Source: the human T2T-CHM13v2.0 reference genome, Homo sapiens
Strand: one strand, 5' to 3'
Assembly (NCBI RefSeq): GCF_009914755.1
Contig: NC_060946.1
Length of the DNA: 64,000 nt
Within the stretch, counting starts at the first letter, position 1, and each line of letters begins with the position of its first letter. The translations under genes were made by a program, and so were the position numbers. This document shows positions 15,074 to 33,037 of the stretch, piece after piece. Below the pieces are notes generated by a model. It worked only from the letters and a program-made list of their open reading frames with translations, was not told the origin of the DNA and did no database searches.

Positions 15074-16567
15074 TCCAGCCTCCATGTCTTTAATTGCTAT
15101 GATACTAATACTATATTAGACTAGTGACCAGCCATGCTCATTATAGATCCAGCAGATGAGATCAAAGTCAGCCAAAATTAGAGTTGGGGACCCAGGCCTG
15201 GGGAACCAAAGTATCCAGAGTGAGGGAAGAAGACCCAGGAAACCTGAACCAAAGGTCAGAGCAGGGCCAGTGACAGGGCCAACGGGACTGCGAGCCTGGA
15301 GGAGAGGACTCCAAATGGAGAGCTGGAATACCAAAAACGCCATTCATGTTGCCCTTTCTACATACAGGGCAGCCCAGACTCTCATTAGGAACTACCTCAT
15401 TTAATCTTCACAACAGCCCTGTGTAGTGGGGACAGTATTACCCCATTTTAGTAACAAGGAAGCAGAGAGGACACAGAGAGGTTAAGTAACTTGCACAGGG
15501 TCACACAGCGAGTCACCAAGGAGTCAAGATTTGAACTGGGGTCTGGCTCTACATTTCACCACCACATTGCAGGGAAGAGTGAGGTCCCAGGCACAGAACT
15601 GCGTGAACACAGCCAGCTGGCCACAGGGCCCTGGTTGAGCACATCTGGGAACAGCAGTGCTGTGCTTCATTAGGCTCAGTCATCCAGAAAGTGTTCCTAG
15701 CCTTGGGAGATTCTGGATTATCTAGGGCTGAAGCTGTCCCTCCTGGTAAGCTTCTCCCACGAACCTTACCTCTGGCCTCGATGGTCACAGTGATTAAACC
15801 TACCCACCCACTCGCTGCATGTCCTCTTCTGCATTTTTAGTGTCCCCCTGCTTTGGCTGGGCATCCGGCCCCTCACCCTCTCCTCCTCGTCCTCTGGATA
15901 AAGGCTGCCATGCCAGCATCCCCTCAAGCCCAGCAGTCCTGGTTCCCCAGACACCACTTCCCAGCACACGGCCTCAGAAGAGACGCCCAAGCAGCTCAGT
16001 GTCTTCTAAACACACACCCTGATTTTTCACACAACTACTGCCAGTTTTCTGTTACATCAGGGAAAGTAGGCGAGGGTTTATTTTCCCAGATCCTCCAAAG
16101 AATGCCCCTGAGCACATGCAGGCTTGTTCTTTCCTGGACTCATAAAACATGGTATTTACACAGGTGTGACGCAGGGTGCCGCCCAGCTGAGCCTCTCTCC
16201 CACCCAGCCAGCGTTCAGTATCCAGAGCTTGCATCTGCCCATCTGGGCCAGGCTCGGTGCATCTGTCCCCATGGAGCTGTCCCGGTGGAAGTTCTGCCCC
16301 CACTGCTTTGTCCTAAAGCTCCCTAATTCTTCTTTTCAGAATCTTTGCCCGCATATATCCTCTGGACAGGGCTGGAACAGGACAGCAACTGTCAGAGTGT
16401 GCCCTGCAGAATGGCTGGAGTCAATGGGAATGAAGCGGGAGAGAGAGAGTGGATTCCATGGTCAAGTGAGACTGAGAAGCTCTGGGTAAGACAAAACCAC
16501 ATCGGTTCCTTTACTGTCCGACTTCCCAGGGCCTTGAGTGTTCCCAAGTGTATTAGAAATCTACTAG

Positions 16568-17360
<793 letters not shown>

Positions 17361-17367
17361 TAGAGAC

Positions 17368-17572
17368 AGTCCCTCAGCTTTGGCACTATTGACCTTTGGG
17401 CTGGATAATTCTTTGTCGTAAGGGCCTGTCTCGTACATTGCAGGACATTGGCCGGCATCCCTGGTCTCTACCCACTCAAAGCCAGTAGCACCCTCCACCC
17501 AGTTGTGACAAGCAAAAATATCTCTAGATATTGCCAAGTGTTTCCTGGGGGGCAAAATTGGCCCCAGTGAGA
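17368..17572. mobile_element. MER20 DNA transposon
   Basis: GGCACTATTGAC...GGATAATTCTTTGT...CATCCCTGGTCTCTACCCACT...GGGGGCAAAAT. Confidence 0.85.
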
Positions 17573-18111
17573 TTCGAGGCATGGAGAAGTGAAGTCACTT
17601 ACCCAAGGTCACTTTGACTCATACCAATCTCATACCATGCTAACCCATAAGGCGGGCCACTGCTCCCGAGTGCAGAGTCCTGAAGTTCTGTGTGAGGGAG
17701 CAGCCTGGGTGGAGCTGTCTTCTCTCCACCAGAGCATGCCCACACAGCAAGCATCCTCCAGCCGTGCCTGGTCCTCCTGACCATGTCTGAGCTCTTGTCC
17801 CTCCCCTACCCAGCAAACTTACACATCCTTGTTCTCATTTCTGTTCAAGGCAAGGTTCCAGGAAACGGCGGGGCCCTAGAGCATGAGGTAGGCAACCTGC
17901 TGAGACCCCCAGTTGCCGACCGAGGCTGGCCTGCTCTTGAACCTGGTTCTGCCTCTTCCCAGCTGTTTGGCCCTGCAAGACAGATGAGGATGTTAATTTA
18001 ACCTGCAGCACGTGACTGTGGTGAGGCTTAAATGAGAAAACGTTCATGAACCCATCTAGCAAAGCGCCCAGCACTGAGTAGGCTCCTAGATACTGGTTTC
18101 TTTCTAACACC

Positions 18112-18720
<609 letters not shown>

Positions 18721-19052
18721 CCACCAAGGGAGGCCATGGGCAGGTCTTCCTTTCTCACAGTCTGTGCCTGTGTTTCCCCTCCTGCAAGCATGACCTTCCT
18801 GGTCCCCGGGCCCCAGGTGTTCTGGGAATATCCTGGGGCTGACCTCAGGCAGGAGAAAGGAGTTTGCTTCCCTGACATTTTTTATTCTGGATTAACCCAG
18901 CGAATCTTTGGGGACTGCGAGGGCACGGACACGGTAGAATCCCAGGTGGAAGAAGGCAAAGTGGGCGGGAGGGGAGAACTTGCATGTTTTAACCTTTTTC
19001 CTGCACCCAACCCCGCCATCCGACGCCAAGCTTCCAGTCAAACCTGAGACCA

Positions 19053-19071
19053 CAGCTCCCCCTGGCGGTCA
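19053..19071 (-). promoter_or_regulatory. CTCF binding motif
   Basis: The minus strand reads TGACCGCCAGGGGGAGCTG, a close match to the CTCF core CC(A/G)(C/G)CAG(A/G)(G/T)GGCGC. It lies in a locally CpG-rich non-repeat patch. Confidence 0.7.
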
Positions 19072-19462
19072 GCGCGAGCCCGCACCGCGGCTCTCCTGTG
19101 CTCACGCAGCCCTGCGCGGCGGAGGTGGCTGGAAATGAATTTAGCGTCAGCACAGTTATTTAAATTGTTTTAATTAATCACAGATTGAGCAGTAAATGAA
19201 CCACTAAGTGGAGAGAGAGCGCGGGAGCAAGCGAGAAAGAGGTGAGGGGAGGAAGGCAGAGCCTAGGTGATGGCTCGAAAAAGCACAGACAGCTTCAGAG
19301 TGGGGCAGGAGGAGGGGGTACAGGCACAGGTCGCAGAGCTGTGCCCCCCACTCCTGGTGCCACACGTTGGGGCGGGGGGCATTCCAGCCCCAGTGGGGTT
19401 AGGAGGAGCGCAGAGCCTTGGGGCTAGGGCCTGCCTTCTCCCTTGACAAAAACGTTGAAAGG

Positions 19463-19838
<376 letters not shown>

Positions 19839-20049
19839 TTAAGTTCTGGGATGCATGTGCAGAACGTGCAGGTTTGTTACATAGGGATACATGTGCCATG
19901 GTTTGCTGCACCCATCAACCTGTCATCTACATTAGGTATTTCTCCTAATGCTGTCCCCCGCCCAGCCCCACTCCCCAACAGGTCCCCAGGTGTGATGTTC
20001 CCCTCCCTGTGTCCATGTGTTCTCACTGTTCAGCTCCCACCTATGCGTG

Positions 20050-23820
<3,771 letters not shown>

Positions 23821-23879
23821 ATGCTAGCTGGTTATTTTGCCCGTTCGTTGATTCAGTTTCTTCATAGTGCCAATGGTCT

Positions 23880-24908
23880 TTAAAATTTGGTATGTTTTTG
23901 CAGTGGCTGGTACTGGTTTTTCCTTTCCATATTTAGTGCTTCCTTCAGGAGCTCCTGTAAGGCAGGCCTGGTGGTGACAAAATCTCTCAGCATTTGCTTG
24001 TCTGTAAAGGATTTTATTTCTCCTTCGCTTATGAAGCTTAGTTTGGCTGGATATGAAATTCTGGGTTGAAAATTCTTTTCTTTAAAAATGTTGAATATTG
24101 GCCCCCACTCTCTTCTGGCTTGTAGGGTTTCTGCAGAAAGATCCGCTGTTAGTCTGATGGGCTTCCCTTTGTGGGTAACCCAACCTTTGTCTCTGGCTGC
24201 CCTTAACATTTTTTCCTTCATTTTAACCTTGGCGAATCTGACGATTACGTGTCTTGGGGTTGCTCTTCTCGAGGAGTGTCTTTGCTTTGTTCTCTGTATT
24301 TCCCAAATTTGAATGTTGGACTGTCCTGCTAGGTTGGGGAAGTTCTCCTGGATAATATCCTGCAGAGTGTTTTCCAACTTGTTTCCATTTTCCCTGTCAC
24401 TTTCAGGTACACCAATCAAACATAGGTTTGGTCTTTTCACATAGTCCCATATTTCTTGGAGGTTTTGTTCGTTCCTTTTTATTCTTTTTTCTCTAATCCT
24501 GTCTTCTTGCTTTATTTCATTAAGTTGATCTTCAGTCTCTGATATCCTTTCTTTCTTCCACTTGACCAAGTCAGCTGTTGATACTTGTGTATGTTTCACG
24601 AAGTTCTCATGCTGTGTTTTTCAGCTCCATCAGGTCATTGATGTTCTTCTCTAAACTGGTTATTCTAGTTAGCAATTCCTCTAACCTTTTTTCAAGGTTC
24701 TTCACTTCCTTGCATTGGGTTAGACCATGCTCCTTTAGCTCAGAGGAGTTTGTTATTACCCACCTTCTGAAGCCTACTTCTGTCAAGTTGTCCAACTCAT
24801 TCTCTGTCCAGTTTTGTTCCCTTGCCTGCGAGGAGTGGTGATCCTTTGGAGGAGAAGAGGCTTCCGGTTTTTGGAATTTTCAGCCTTTTTGCGCTGGTTT
24901 TTCCTCGC
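23880..24908 (-). pseudogene. L1 ORF1p remnant
   Basis: ORFs 23880-24599 (…LQEIWDYVKRPNL…ARREW…YPAKLSF…) and 24607-24795. The start ATG appears mutated to GCG at 24906-24908. Confidence 0.9.
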
Positions 24909-26574
24909 CTTTATGGACTTATCTACCTTTGGTCTTTGATGTTGGTGACCTTCTGGTGGGGTTTTTGTGTGGACATCCTTTTTGTTGATGTTGATGCAAT
25001 TTCTTTCTGCTTGTTAGTTTTCCTTCTAACAGTCAGGCCCCTCTGCTGCAGGTCTGCTGGAGTTGCTGGAGGTCCACTCCAGACCGTTTGCCTGGGTATC
25101 ACCAGCAGAGGCTGCAGTACAGCAAAGACTGCTGCCTGTTCCTTCTTCTGGAAGCTTTGTCCCAAAGGGGCACCCGCCAGATGCCAGCCAGAGCTCTCCT
25201 GTATGAGATGTCCGACCACTGCTGGGAGGTGTCTCCCAGTCAGGAGGCGCAGGGGTCAGGGACCCACTTGAGGAGGCAGTCTGTCCCTTAGCAGAGCTCA
25301 AGCACTGTGCTGGGAGATCCGCTGCTTTCTTCAGAGCCACCAGGCAGGAAAGTTTAAGTCTGCTGAAGCTGCGCCCACAGCTGCCCCTTTCCCCAGGTGC
25401 TCTGTCCCAGGGAGATGGGAGTTTTATCTATAAGCCCCCGACTGGAGCTGCTGCCTTTCTTTCAGAGATGCCCTGCCCAGAGAGGAAGAATCTAGAGAGG
25501 CAGTCTGGCTACAGCAGATTTGCCAAGCTGCAGTGGGCTCCACACAGTTCAAACTTCACATCGGCGTTGTTTACGCTGTGAGGGGAAAACCACCTACTCA
25601 AGCCTCAGTAATGGCGAACGCCCCTCCCCTCCGCCAAGCTTGAGCGTCCCAGGTCAACTTCAGCCTGCTGTGCTGGCAGCAAGAATTTCAAGACAGTGCA
25701 TCTTAGCTTGCTGGGCACTGTGGGGGTGGGATCTGCTGAGGTAGACCACTTGGCTCCCTGGCTTCAGCTCCCTTTCCAGGGGAGTGAATGGTCTGTCTTG
25801 CTGGCATTCCAGTTGCCACTGGGGTATGAAAAAAAAAACTCCTGCAGCTAGCTCAGTGTCTTCCCAAACAGCCGCCCAGTTTTGTGCTTGAAACCCAGGG
25901 CCCTGGTGGTGTAGGCACCCGAGGGAATCTCCTGGTCTGTAAGTTGCAAAGACTGTGGGAAAAGCATAGTATCTGGGCCAGAATGTGCCATTCCTCATGG
26001 CACAGTACCTCACAGCTTCCCTTGGCTAGGGGAGGGAGTTCCCCAATCCCTTGTGCTTCCTGGGTGATGTGACACCCCACCCTGCTTCAGCTCACCCTCC
26101 ATGGGCTACACCCACTGTCTAACCAGTCCCAGTGAGATGAGCTGGGTACCTCAGTTGGAAATGCACAAATCACCCGCCTTCTGCATTGATTTCACTGGGA
26201 GCTAGCTGCAGACCAGAGCTGTTCCTATTCGGCCATCTCGCCAGCCACCGAATTAGTAAAATTTTAACACATGCCTTGAATTGTATTCAGCACTTCTACA
26301 CTCATTACTGTATCTTTGAAACACAGTTTGAAACACCAAGCCTCCTCCCAGCAATGCCAGCAGCTCACTTTGTGACACTGAACCGTACAATGCTCTTGGC
26401 CTTTCCATCTGCAGAGTGGGCACAGACACCTATAACTAATTGAAAGAGATAATGTCTAAGAGAGCTGCCAGATCCAGGATTCTTTTCTCTTGAGCAAGAC
26501 ATTTCAATGACTCTTCTGGACTTGACTTTCTCCTCTGTAAAACAGGTTTACCACCTTTCATTGAATTCAACACA

Positions 26575-26870
26575 GGATTCAACAAACATCAGCCAAAAGG
26601 CCCATTTTTGCACAGCCCATGCGCTAAGACTATTTCCTCACATTTTTAAATGGTTAAAAAATCAAAAGAATAACATTTCATGCCGCATGAAAATTATGAA
26701 ATTAAAATTCCATAAATAAAATGTTATGAGAACATAGCCACGCATGTTTATTTAAGCAATATCTATGGTTGCACAGCAGCAGAGTTAAGTAGTTGCAATA
26801 GAGACTGGATGGCCTGGGAAGCCAAAAATATTTACTATTTGACCTTTTATGTAAAAAGATTGCTGACCCC
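26575..26870. mobile_element. MER58B-like DNA transposon
   Basis: TTTTAAATGGTTAAAAAATCAAAAGAATAA...ATGAAATTAAAATT...GCAGCAGAGTTAAGTAGTTGCAA...AAAATATTTACTAT. Confidence 0.65.
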
Positions 26871-27584
26871 CAATTTCATCCATCATCATTTGTAAGATGC
26901 ATGATTTTTATATACAACTAAAGAACAAAACCCTCCCCAATTAAACTACACCCTTCTGTTTTCATCATACTTAGATTTTTTTAAACTTTATATTTATAAA
27001 AGTTATTTAGGTTCTTTAAATAGAGAGTTGTATCACCTATCTCACTTGTGAATACATAAAAGAAAAAATATGCAAAATAATTGGGTTCAGATACTCCTTA
27101 AGCATCTTCCTATTCAGCAACTAAATCTTCTGAATCACTTTTTGATTCAAAATCACGTTTGTCCTTGTTTGACACACAATGCTGTCCTCAGTGCCTCTGT
27201 GTAATGCAACATTCCTTAAAAGAACGCTTTGCTATTGTCTTGGGATTTTCTTTCCAGCTGCTTGTACCTGTTCTGGAAATTCTGATTATAATGCACATGA
27301 TGTGACAACTACCTTATGACTGCTGCCAGGCCAGTGGTGATTTTAACAAATATCCCAATTTCAGAGGTGTTAAAATGTGGAGGGGAAATGACATTAATAA
27401 TACACTTTTTCAAAATTAGAACCATTGTCATCTGGCTCCCAAATAACAAAGAACAAAACAGATAAAAGTTCTGTCCTCGAGGAGCTGCAAGGCTAATGAT
27501 TTAGGAAGATAATAAACAAACAAATAAGGGTTGTATCAGTGGGTGATGAGTGGGCGATGAGTGCATTAAAGTAAAATAAGCAGA

Positions 27585-27765
27585 GTGGGAGAAAGAGGAA
27601 GAAGAGGAAGAGGAGGACGGGAAGGAGGAGAGGAGAATGATGAAGAGGACAGAGGAGGAGGGAGAGTTGGGGAAGAAAGTGGAGAAGGGGGAGGGGTAGG
27701 AAGAGAAGAGAATGAAGAGGGGAGGAAAGGAGGAGAAAGAGAAAGAGAAGAGAATGATGGGAAGG
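27585..27765. repeat. GA-rich low-complexity purine tract
   Basis: Direct reading: GAGGAA/GGAG-type runs. Confidence 0.85.
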
Positions 27766-27881
27766 TGCTATTGAGGTGGGGTATTGTCAACCAAAAACAA
27801 ATCAGAGAAAAAATATCTCTAGATATGTTGCAATTATTAGGGAATTAGAAAAGAGAATTCTAACCGCCCCCTCGTCGCCCA

Positions 27882-27883
<2 letters not shown>

Positions 27884-27930
<47 letters not shown>
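27884..27930. repeat. (CA)n microsatellite, about 23 units
   Basis: Perfect AC run. Confidence 0.97.
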
Positions 27931-27931
<1 letters not shown>

Positions 27932-29359
27932 CTATAACCAGCCACATATGCATCTGAAGAGAGAAACTTTTATTGGCAAAAGGAGACATTCACATAAGCT
28001 GCTGGGAAACAGAGTTTACTGATTTTAGAGCCTCGAAGCCAGCATTGGAGTCAGTTCATTGGTAGAGGTGCTGTTACTGGGCAGGTGTTCCTTCCAGAGC
28101 ATCTTATCTAAATTCACTGTCCTGACCCGGGGCTGTGGTTCCTGGTGGCAGCTGTGTGTGGGGTTCATCCTGGTGGTCTCTCGGGCTGTGAAAGCCCAGG
28201 TAAGGAGTATTTCCTGGGGCTCTCAATCTCCATGGTCCTCAGTCACTCTGGTGGCTGTATTGAGGCAAACAGAGAGATGGTTCCTTGGGCCCGAGGACCT
28301 CAGTGGGCAGCCTCGGCAGCTCCTGTCTCTGTCTAATGAGGATGAAGGTAGACAGGTCCCAGGATGCAGCAGGCGGCTGCTGGAGGCCGAGTAGATGCAG
28401 GACCCCACACCTGTCTCCAGAGTTAATTACATTCCTTGTGGGAGGCAGGTTGGGTTGGGGTTTCCCTCACTTGCAGCCAAAAGCATCCTAAGTGAATCAC
28501 AAGGAGGGTCTGCTGGGCACAGGGTCCAGGACAGAACAGCCAAGAATGTGAGGAAAGCCAAGATTTGGACAATCGAACATCAAAGAGGCCCAGGAGCCAG
28601 GCTGTCACCACCAGGATGACCTTGATGATCCCTGAGTCAGGCAGCCCTCGAGGAAGGAGGGCAGGGTCCAGTATGAGTGCAGAGCAAGGACTCAGGATCT
28701 CAGGCCATTTCCTAGTGTGCGGCATGACAAGAGGCAAGGGTACCAGCCAGAGAGCACAGAAGCCCACATGGAGCCTGAGAACCTGCACATACTAGCTGTG
28801 TCCCCTTAGACAAGCCCGCACCTCTCTCTAAATCAGTTCCTTCCTCTGCCACGTATGGACAGTAAAAGGACCTGCCTCTAGGGTTGCCACGTGGACAGAT
28901 GAGATCATCCTTTCCAGGTGCTTTGAACAAGGCTTGGCAATGTTGAGTAGGTGACAACTATGAATATGTCTCAGCCTTGTCTGTTCCCCTGTACTGCTGC
29001 CTGGTTGCCACACCCTGTCTGTCTGACTTTCAAATGCAAGCTGGGGTGCCCTCTCCTCCAGGAAGTCTTCCTGGCTGTCCTCCCACTCCAGGTCTAGGTA
29101 GATGTCTTGTCTGTGCTTCCATCTACCATGCTTTTAAAATCTGCCTCTCCAATACCTGTTACAGTACGTGGCACCTTGTAGGTCCTTAACAATTGTTGAA
29201 TAAACAAACTGAGAAAGCAGGGACTGGGTTCCAGGAACAAGGCAGAGGCTTATTTATCAAAACCAAGGACCAATGGACGAGTGGTGGGAAGGACTTGGTG
29301 CCGAATTTCCTGATGCCTTTTCCCGCACACTCCAGGTCGTATTGGTCTCAGAGGTGATT

Positions 29360-29958
29360 TTCATTCATGCAACAAATATTACTAAGCTCCTACTGTATTC
29401 CACACTCTGTTCTTGGCATAAAGATGCAGCACTGAACAAGACGATCATAATTCGTGATCTCTTAGAGCTTGTTATGTTCTAGTGGCAGAAACAGACATAC
29501 AAGGAAATACATAAAGTACAAGATAATTTCCGATCAAGGTATTGAGAAGACAAGACATGAATGTAGTGAGAGGGACTAGGGAAAGGAGCTCCTTTAAACA
29601 GAGTAGTCAGGGAAGACATCTGAACAGAAATTGGCATGAATTATGAGAGGGAAGGAAGTCAGGCCAAGAACTGAGAAAGGACTTTCCGCAGAGAGGGAAC
29701 AGGCCCAGTGCAAAGATCCGGAGGCAGGATCAAGCCTGATGCGTTAGAGACACAAAAAGAAACCAGGGAGGCGGAGCTTGGGGAACAAGAGGAAGCGGTG
29801 GTAGGAGGGTGGAAGGCAGGGGGCAAAGGGAGAAGAGGGAGGCCAATGAGGATGCTGTCATGACTGTCCAGGTGAAAGATGGTGATGGTTTGGACAAGAG
29901 CCATGGAGGGAACTGGGACTGGAACATCTTTTGGAGGTAGAGTCAACAGGACCTTGTG
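29360..29958. mobile_element. L2 fragment
   Basis: TCATTCATGCAACAAATATT... through GATGGTGATGGTTTGGAC...GGAGGTAGAGTCAACAGGAC are L2 motifs. Confidence 0.65.
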
Positions 29959-30174
29959 ACCTTATTTGGAAATGGGATTCTTGCAGATGCAAGTTAACAT
30001 GACGTCATTAGGATGGGCCCCAATCCAATATGACTACTGTCCTGATAAGAAGAGAAGAGACACAGAGACAGACACAGAGAGAAGGCCATATGATGAGAAA
30101 GGCAGAAACAGGAGTGACATAGCTACGAGCCAACCAACATCAAGGATTGCTGGGAACACCAGGAGCTGAGAGAA
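29955..30174 (+). mobile_element. MLT1C-type internal LTR fragment, probable local copy of 30704-30932
   Basis: Shares TGTGACCTTATTTGGAAAT.GGATTCTTGCAGATGCAA...AAGGCCATATGA...CAAGGATTGCTGGGAACAC.AGGAGCT with the downstream LTR. Confidence 0.7.
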
Positions 30175-30637
30175 CATACAGGAGTAGTCAGATGGCCTTA
30201 ACTGGGAGACCAAAGACGGGGCTATTTTCTTTCCAGCTTTGCCCTGGGTTGGTCCTGGCTGAGCACCCACACCCTGAGCCCTGCTCCAGGAATGTCTGCA
30301 GCTTGTCCCACAGCTGGCCATCAATCATGGATGGAAGATTCCTGCCCTGGCATGGTTTGTCCTCTCTCCTTGCCCTCTGTGTCTACCACCTGCATGTGAA
30401 GTTATGCATTATCGCCATGCTAGCTCTTTCCTTGAGGATGTCTGCGTCTCACATCTGTCAGAAGGCACCTCTTATTAGTACAAACAAAGAAAATACCAAT
30501 AGCACTGCCCACTGCTTATGATTTGCAAAGGGACTTTATTTACTTTGTCTCTCCTTTGAGCCTCAGAAGTAATAATAATAGCTAATATTTATCAAATACT
30601 TACAAGGCACTGGCACCAAGCTAAGGGCTTTACTTAC

Positions 30638-31124
30638 TGTGATGAGTTCAGTCATGTCCTCCAAAAAAAGAGTGTTGAAGTCCTAACTTCCAGAACCCGT
30701 GAGTGTGACCTTATTTGGAAATAGGATTCTTGCAGATGCAACCAAGTTAAAATGAGGTCATTAGGATGGGCCTTAATCCAATATGACTGGTGTCCTTACA
30801 AGAAAAGGAGAAGAGACACAGAGACAAACACAGAGAGAAAAGGCCATATGACAACAGAGGCAGAGACTGGAATGATGCAGCTATAAGCCTATGAATGTCA
30901 AGGATTGCTGGGAACACTAGGAGCTAAGGGAAAGGCACAGAATAGATCCCTACTTACAGTCTTGCTATGGTTTGAATGTTTTTATCTCCTCTAAAACTCA
31001 GGTTGAAACCTAATCCCCAATGCAACTGTGTTGGGAGGTGGGACCTAATGGATGCTGTTTAGGTCATGAAGGCAGAAGCCTCATGGATTAATGCTTCTAT
31101 AAAAAGGGCTTTCAGGAGGGAATT

Positions 31125-31171
<47 letters not shown>

Positions 31172-31508
31172 TCTGCCATGTGAAGACTCAGGGTTTATCC
31201 TTCTACCTTCCACCTTGTGAGGATGCAACAAGAAGGCCTTCACCAGACACCAGCACCTTGATCTTGGACTTCCCAGCCTCCAGAACTGTGAGAAATACAT
31301 TTCTGTTCTTCAAAAAATAACCAGGTATGTGGTATTCAGTTACAACAGCACAAAATGGACTAAAATCAGCCTCCATAAAGACCATGGCCCTGGCAACACC
31401 TTGATTTTGGACTTCCAGTCTTGGGAACTGTGAGAGAATTAATTTTTGTTGTTTTAAGTCACTTTGTTGGTGGCCATCTATTTCAGCAGCCCTAGGAGGG
31501 TGTGACCA
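30638..31508 (+). mobile_element. MLT1C-type MaLR LTR with a nested MST-type LTR (30963-31368)
   Basis: TGTTGAAGTCCTAAC...GTGACCTTATTTGGAAATAGG; nested TGCTATGGTTTGAATG...ACAAAATGGACTAA; host resumes ACACCTTGATTTTGGACTTC...GCAGCCCTAGGA. Confidence 0.8.
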
Positions 31509-31567
31509 AGGACAGCTGGGGGATGGTAGTGTTTGCTAGGGTGCCACAGGCCAGGGCTAATGGGCAG

Positions 31568-31968
31568 TATCTTAGTCCATTCCTGCTGCTGTAACAAAAT
31601 ACCACAGACTGGGTAATTTATAAATAATAGAAATGTATTCCTCACAGCCCTGAAGGCTTGGAAGGCCAAGATCAAGACATCAGCAGTTTCAGTGTCTGGT
31701 GAGGGCTCAGTCTCTGCTTCTAAGATGTTGCTTTAAATACTGCATTCTCCAGAGAGGATGAATGCTATGTCCTCACGTGGCAGAAGAGATGGAAGGGCAG
31801 GAGGCCCTAGCTAGCTCTCTCCAGCCCTTCCATAATGTCACCAATCTCATCCATAAAGGCAGAGCTCTCATTCCTAATCACCTCCTAAAGGCCCCACCTC
31901 TTAATCCTATCACCTTAGTGATTAAGTTTCAACATATACATTTGAGAGGACACATTCAGATCATAGCA
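31568..31968 (-). mobile_element. MST-type MaLR solo LTR
   Basis: TCTTAGTCCATT...AACAAAATACCACAGACTGGG...GGACACATTCAGATCATAGCA; TSD-like G(G/A)CAG. Confidence 0.8.
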
Positions 31969-32667
31969 GACAGGAAACCACCCACTGGTTGGTTTCTCAC
32001 CAGAGGCTGTGCATTTATAAGTCTCCTGCATATCACCAGCAGGGAATTGCTCTGCTGATGTGGAAGCCACTTGCTCACAGAGCCAGAAGAAACAAAAGCA
32101 TAGGAACCACGAAAAGAAGACTTTTCCTCCAGTGCCCCCTACTGCCAAGGTCTAGCATTGTGCTAGCTGGCAAAGGAGAAAAGTTCACAGGGTCCCACTC
32201 CACTGTCACACAGCAGGGCAAAGGAGGATGAATTGCGAGCAGAAACACAATCAGGTAATACCTGGCACACCTCCGGATCAGAGGAAACAGACGATTCCAC
32301 AGCATATTCAACACCTCCATGATTAACTGCCTGTTACCTCTTCGGTTCCATCTCTCACCACACCCTTCCGTACATGGCAGACTCCATGAGCAACTTACAA
32401 TTCCCCCAACAAGACAAACTGCTCGATGCTTTTCCCTACTCAAGCTGTACACACTCCCTGGGATGCCTTACCCCCTCCTCCCAGTCAACCTCCATCATAT
32501 CTAAAGTCACATTTTGAATTCCTATGATGTTCCAGTCACTATACTGAGCCTTCTTTACACATTATCTCATTTAATCTCATGTGCTGACCCTGTTGAGGAA
32601 GTGCATGCAGCCCCACTTCACAGGCCAGGAAACTGAGGTTCAGAAGTGCAGGGTAAACAAAACAAGA

Positions 32668-33037
32668 TATATTAGTCCGTTTTCACACTAATAATAAAGA
32701 CATACCTGAGACTGGGCAATTTACAAAAAGAAGAAGTTTAATTGGACTTACAGTTCCACATGGCCAGAGAGGCCTCACAATCATGGCGGAAGGCAAGGAG
32801 GAGCAAGTCCCATCTTCCGTGAATGGTGGCAGGCAAAAAGAGAGTTTGTGCAGGGAAACCCCCATTTTTAAAACCATCAGATCTCTTGAGACTCATTCAC
32901 TATCAAGAGAACAACACAGGAAAGACGCACCCCCATAATTCAATCACCTCTCACCAGGTTCCTCCCACAAAACGTGGAAATTGTGTGAGCTACAATTCAA
33001 GATGAGATTTGGGTGGGGACACAGCCAAACCATATCA
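32668..33037 (-). mobile_element. THE1 MaLR solo LTR
   Basis: TATTAGTCCGTTTTCAC...AAAGACATACCTGAGACTGGG...GGGGACACAGCCAAACCATATCA; perfect 5-bp TSD CAAGA. Confidence 0.9.
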
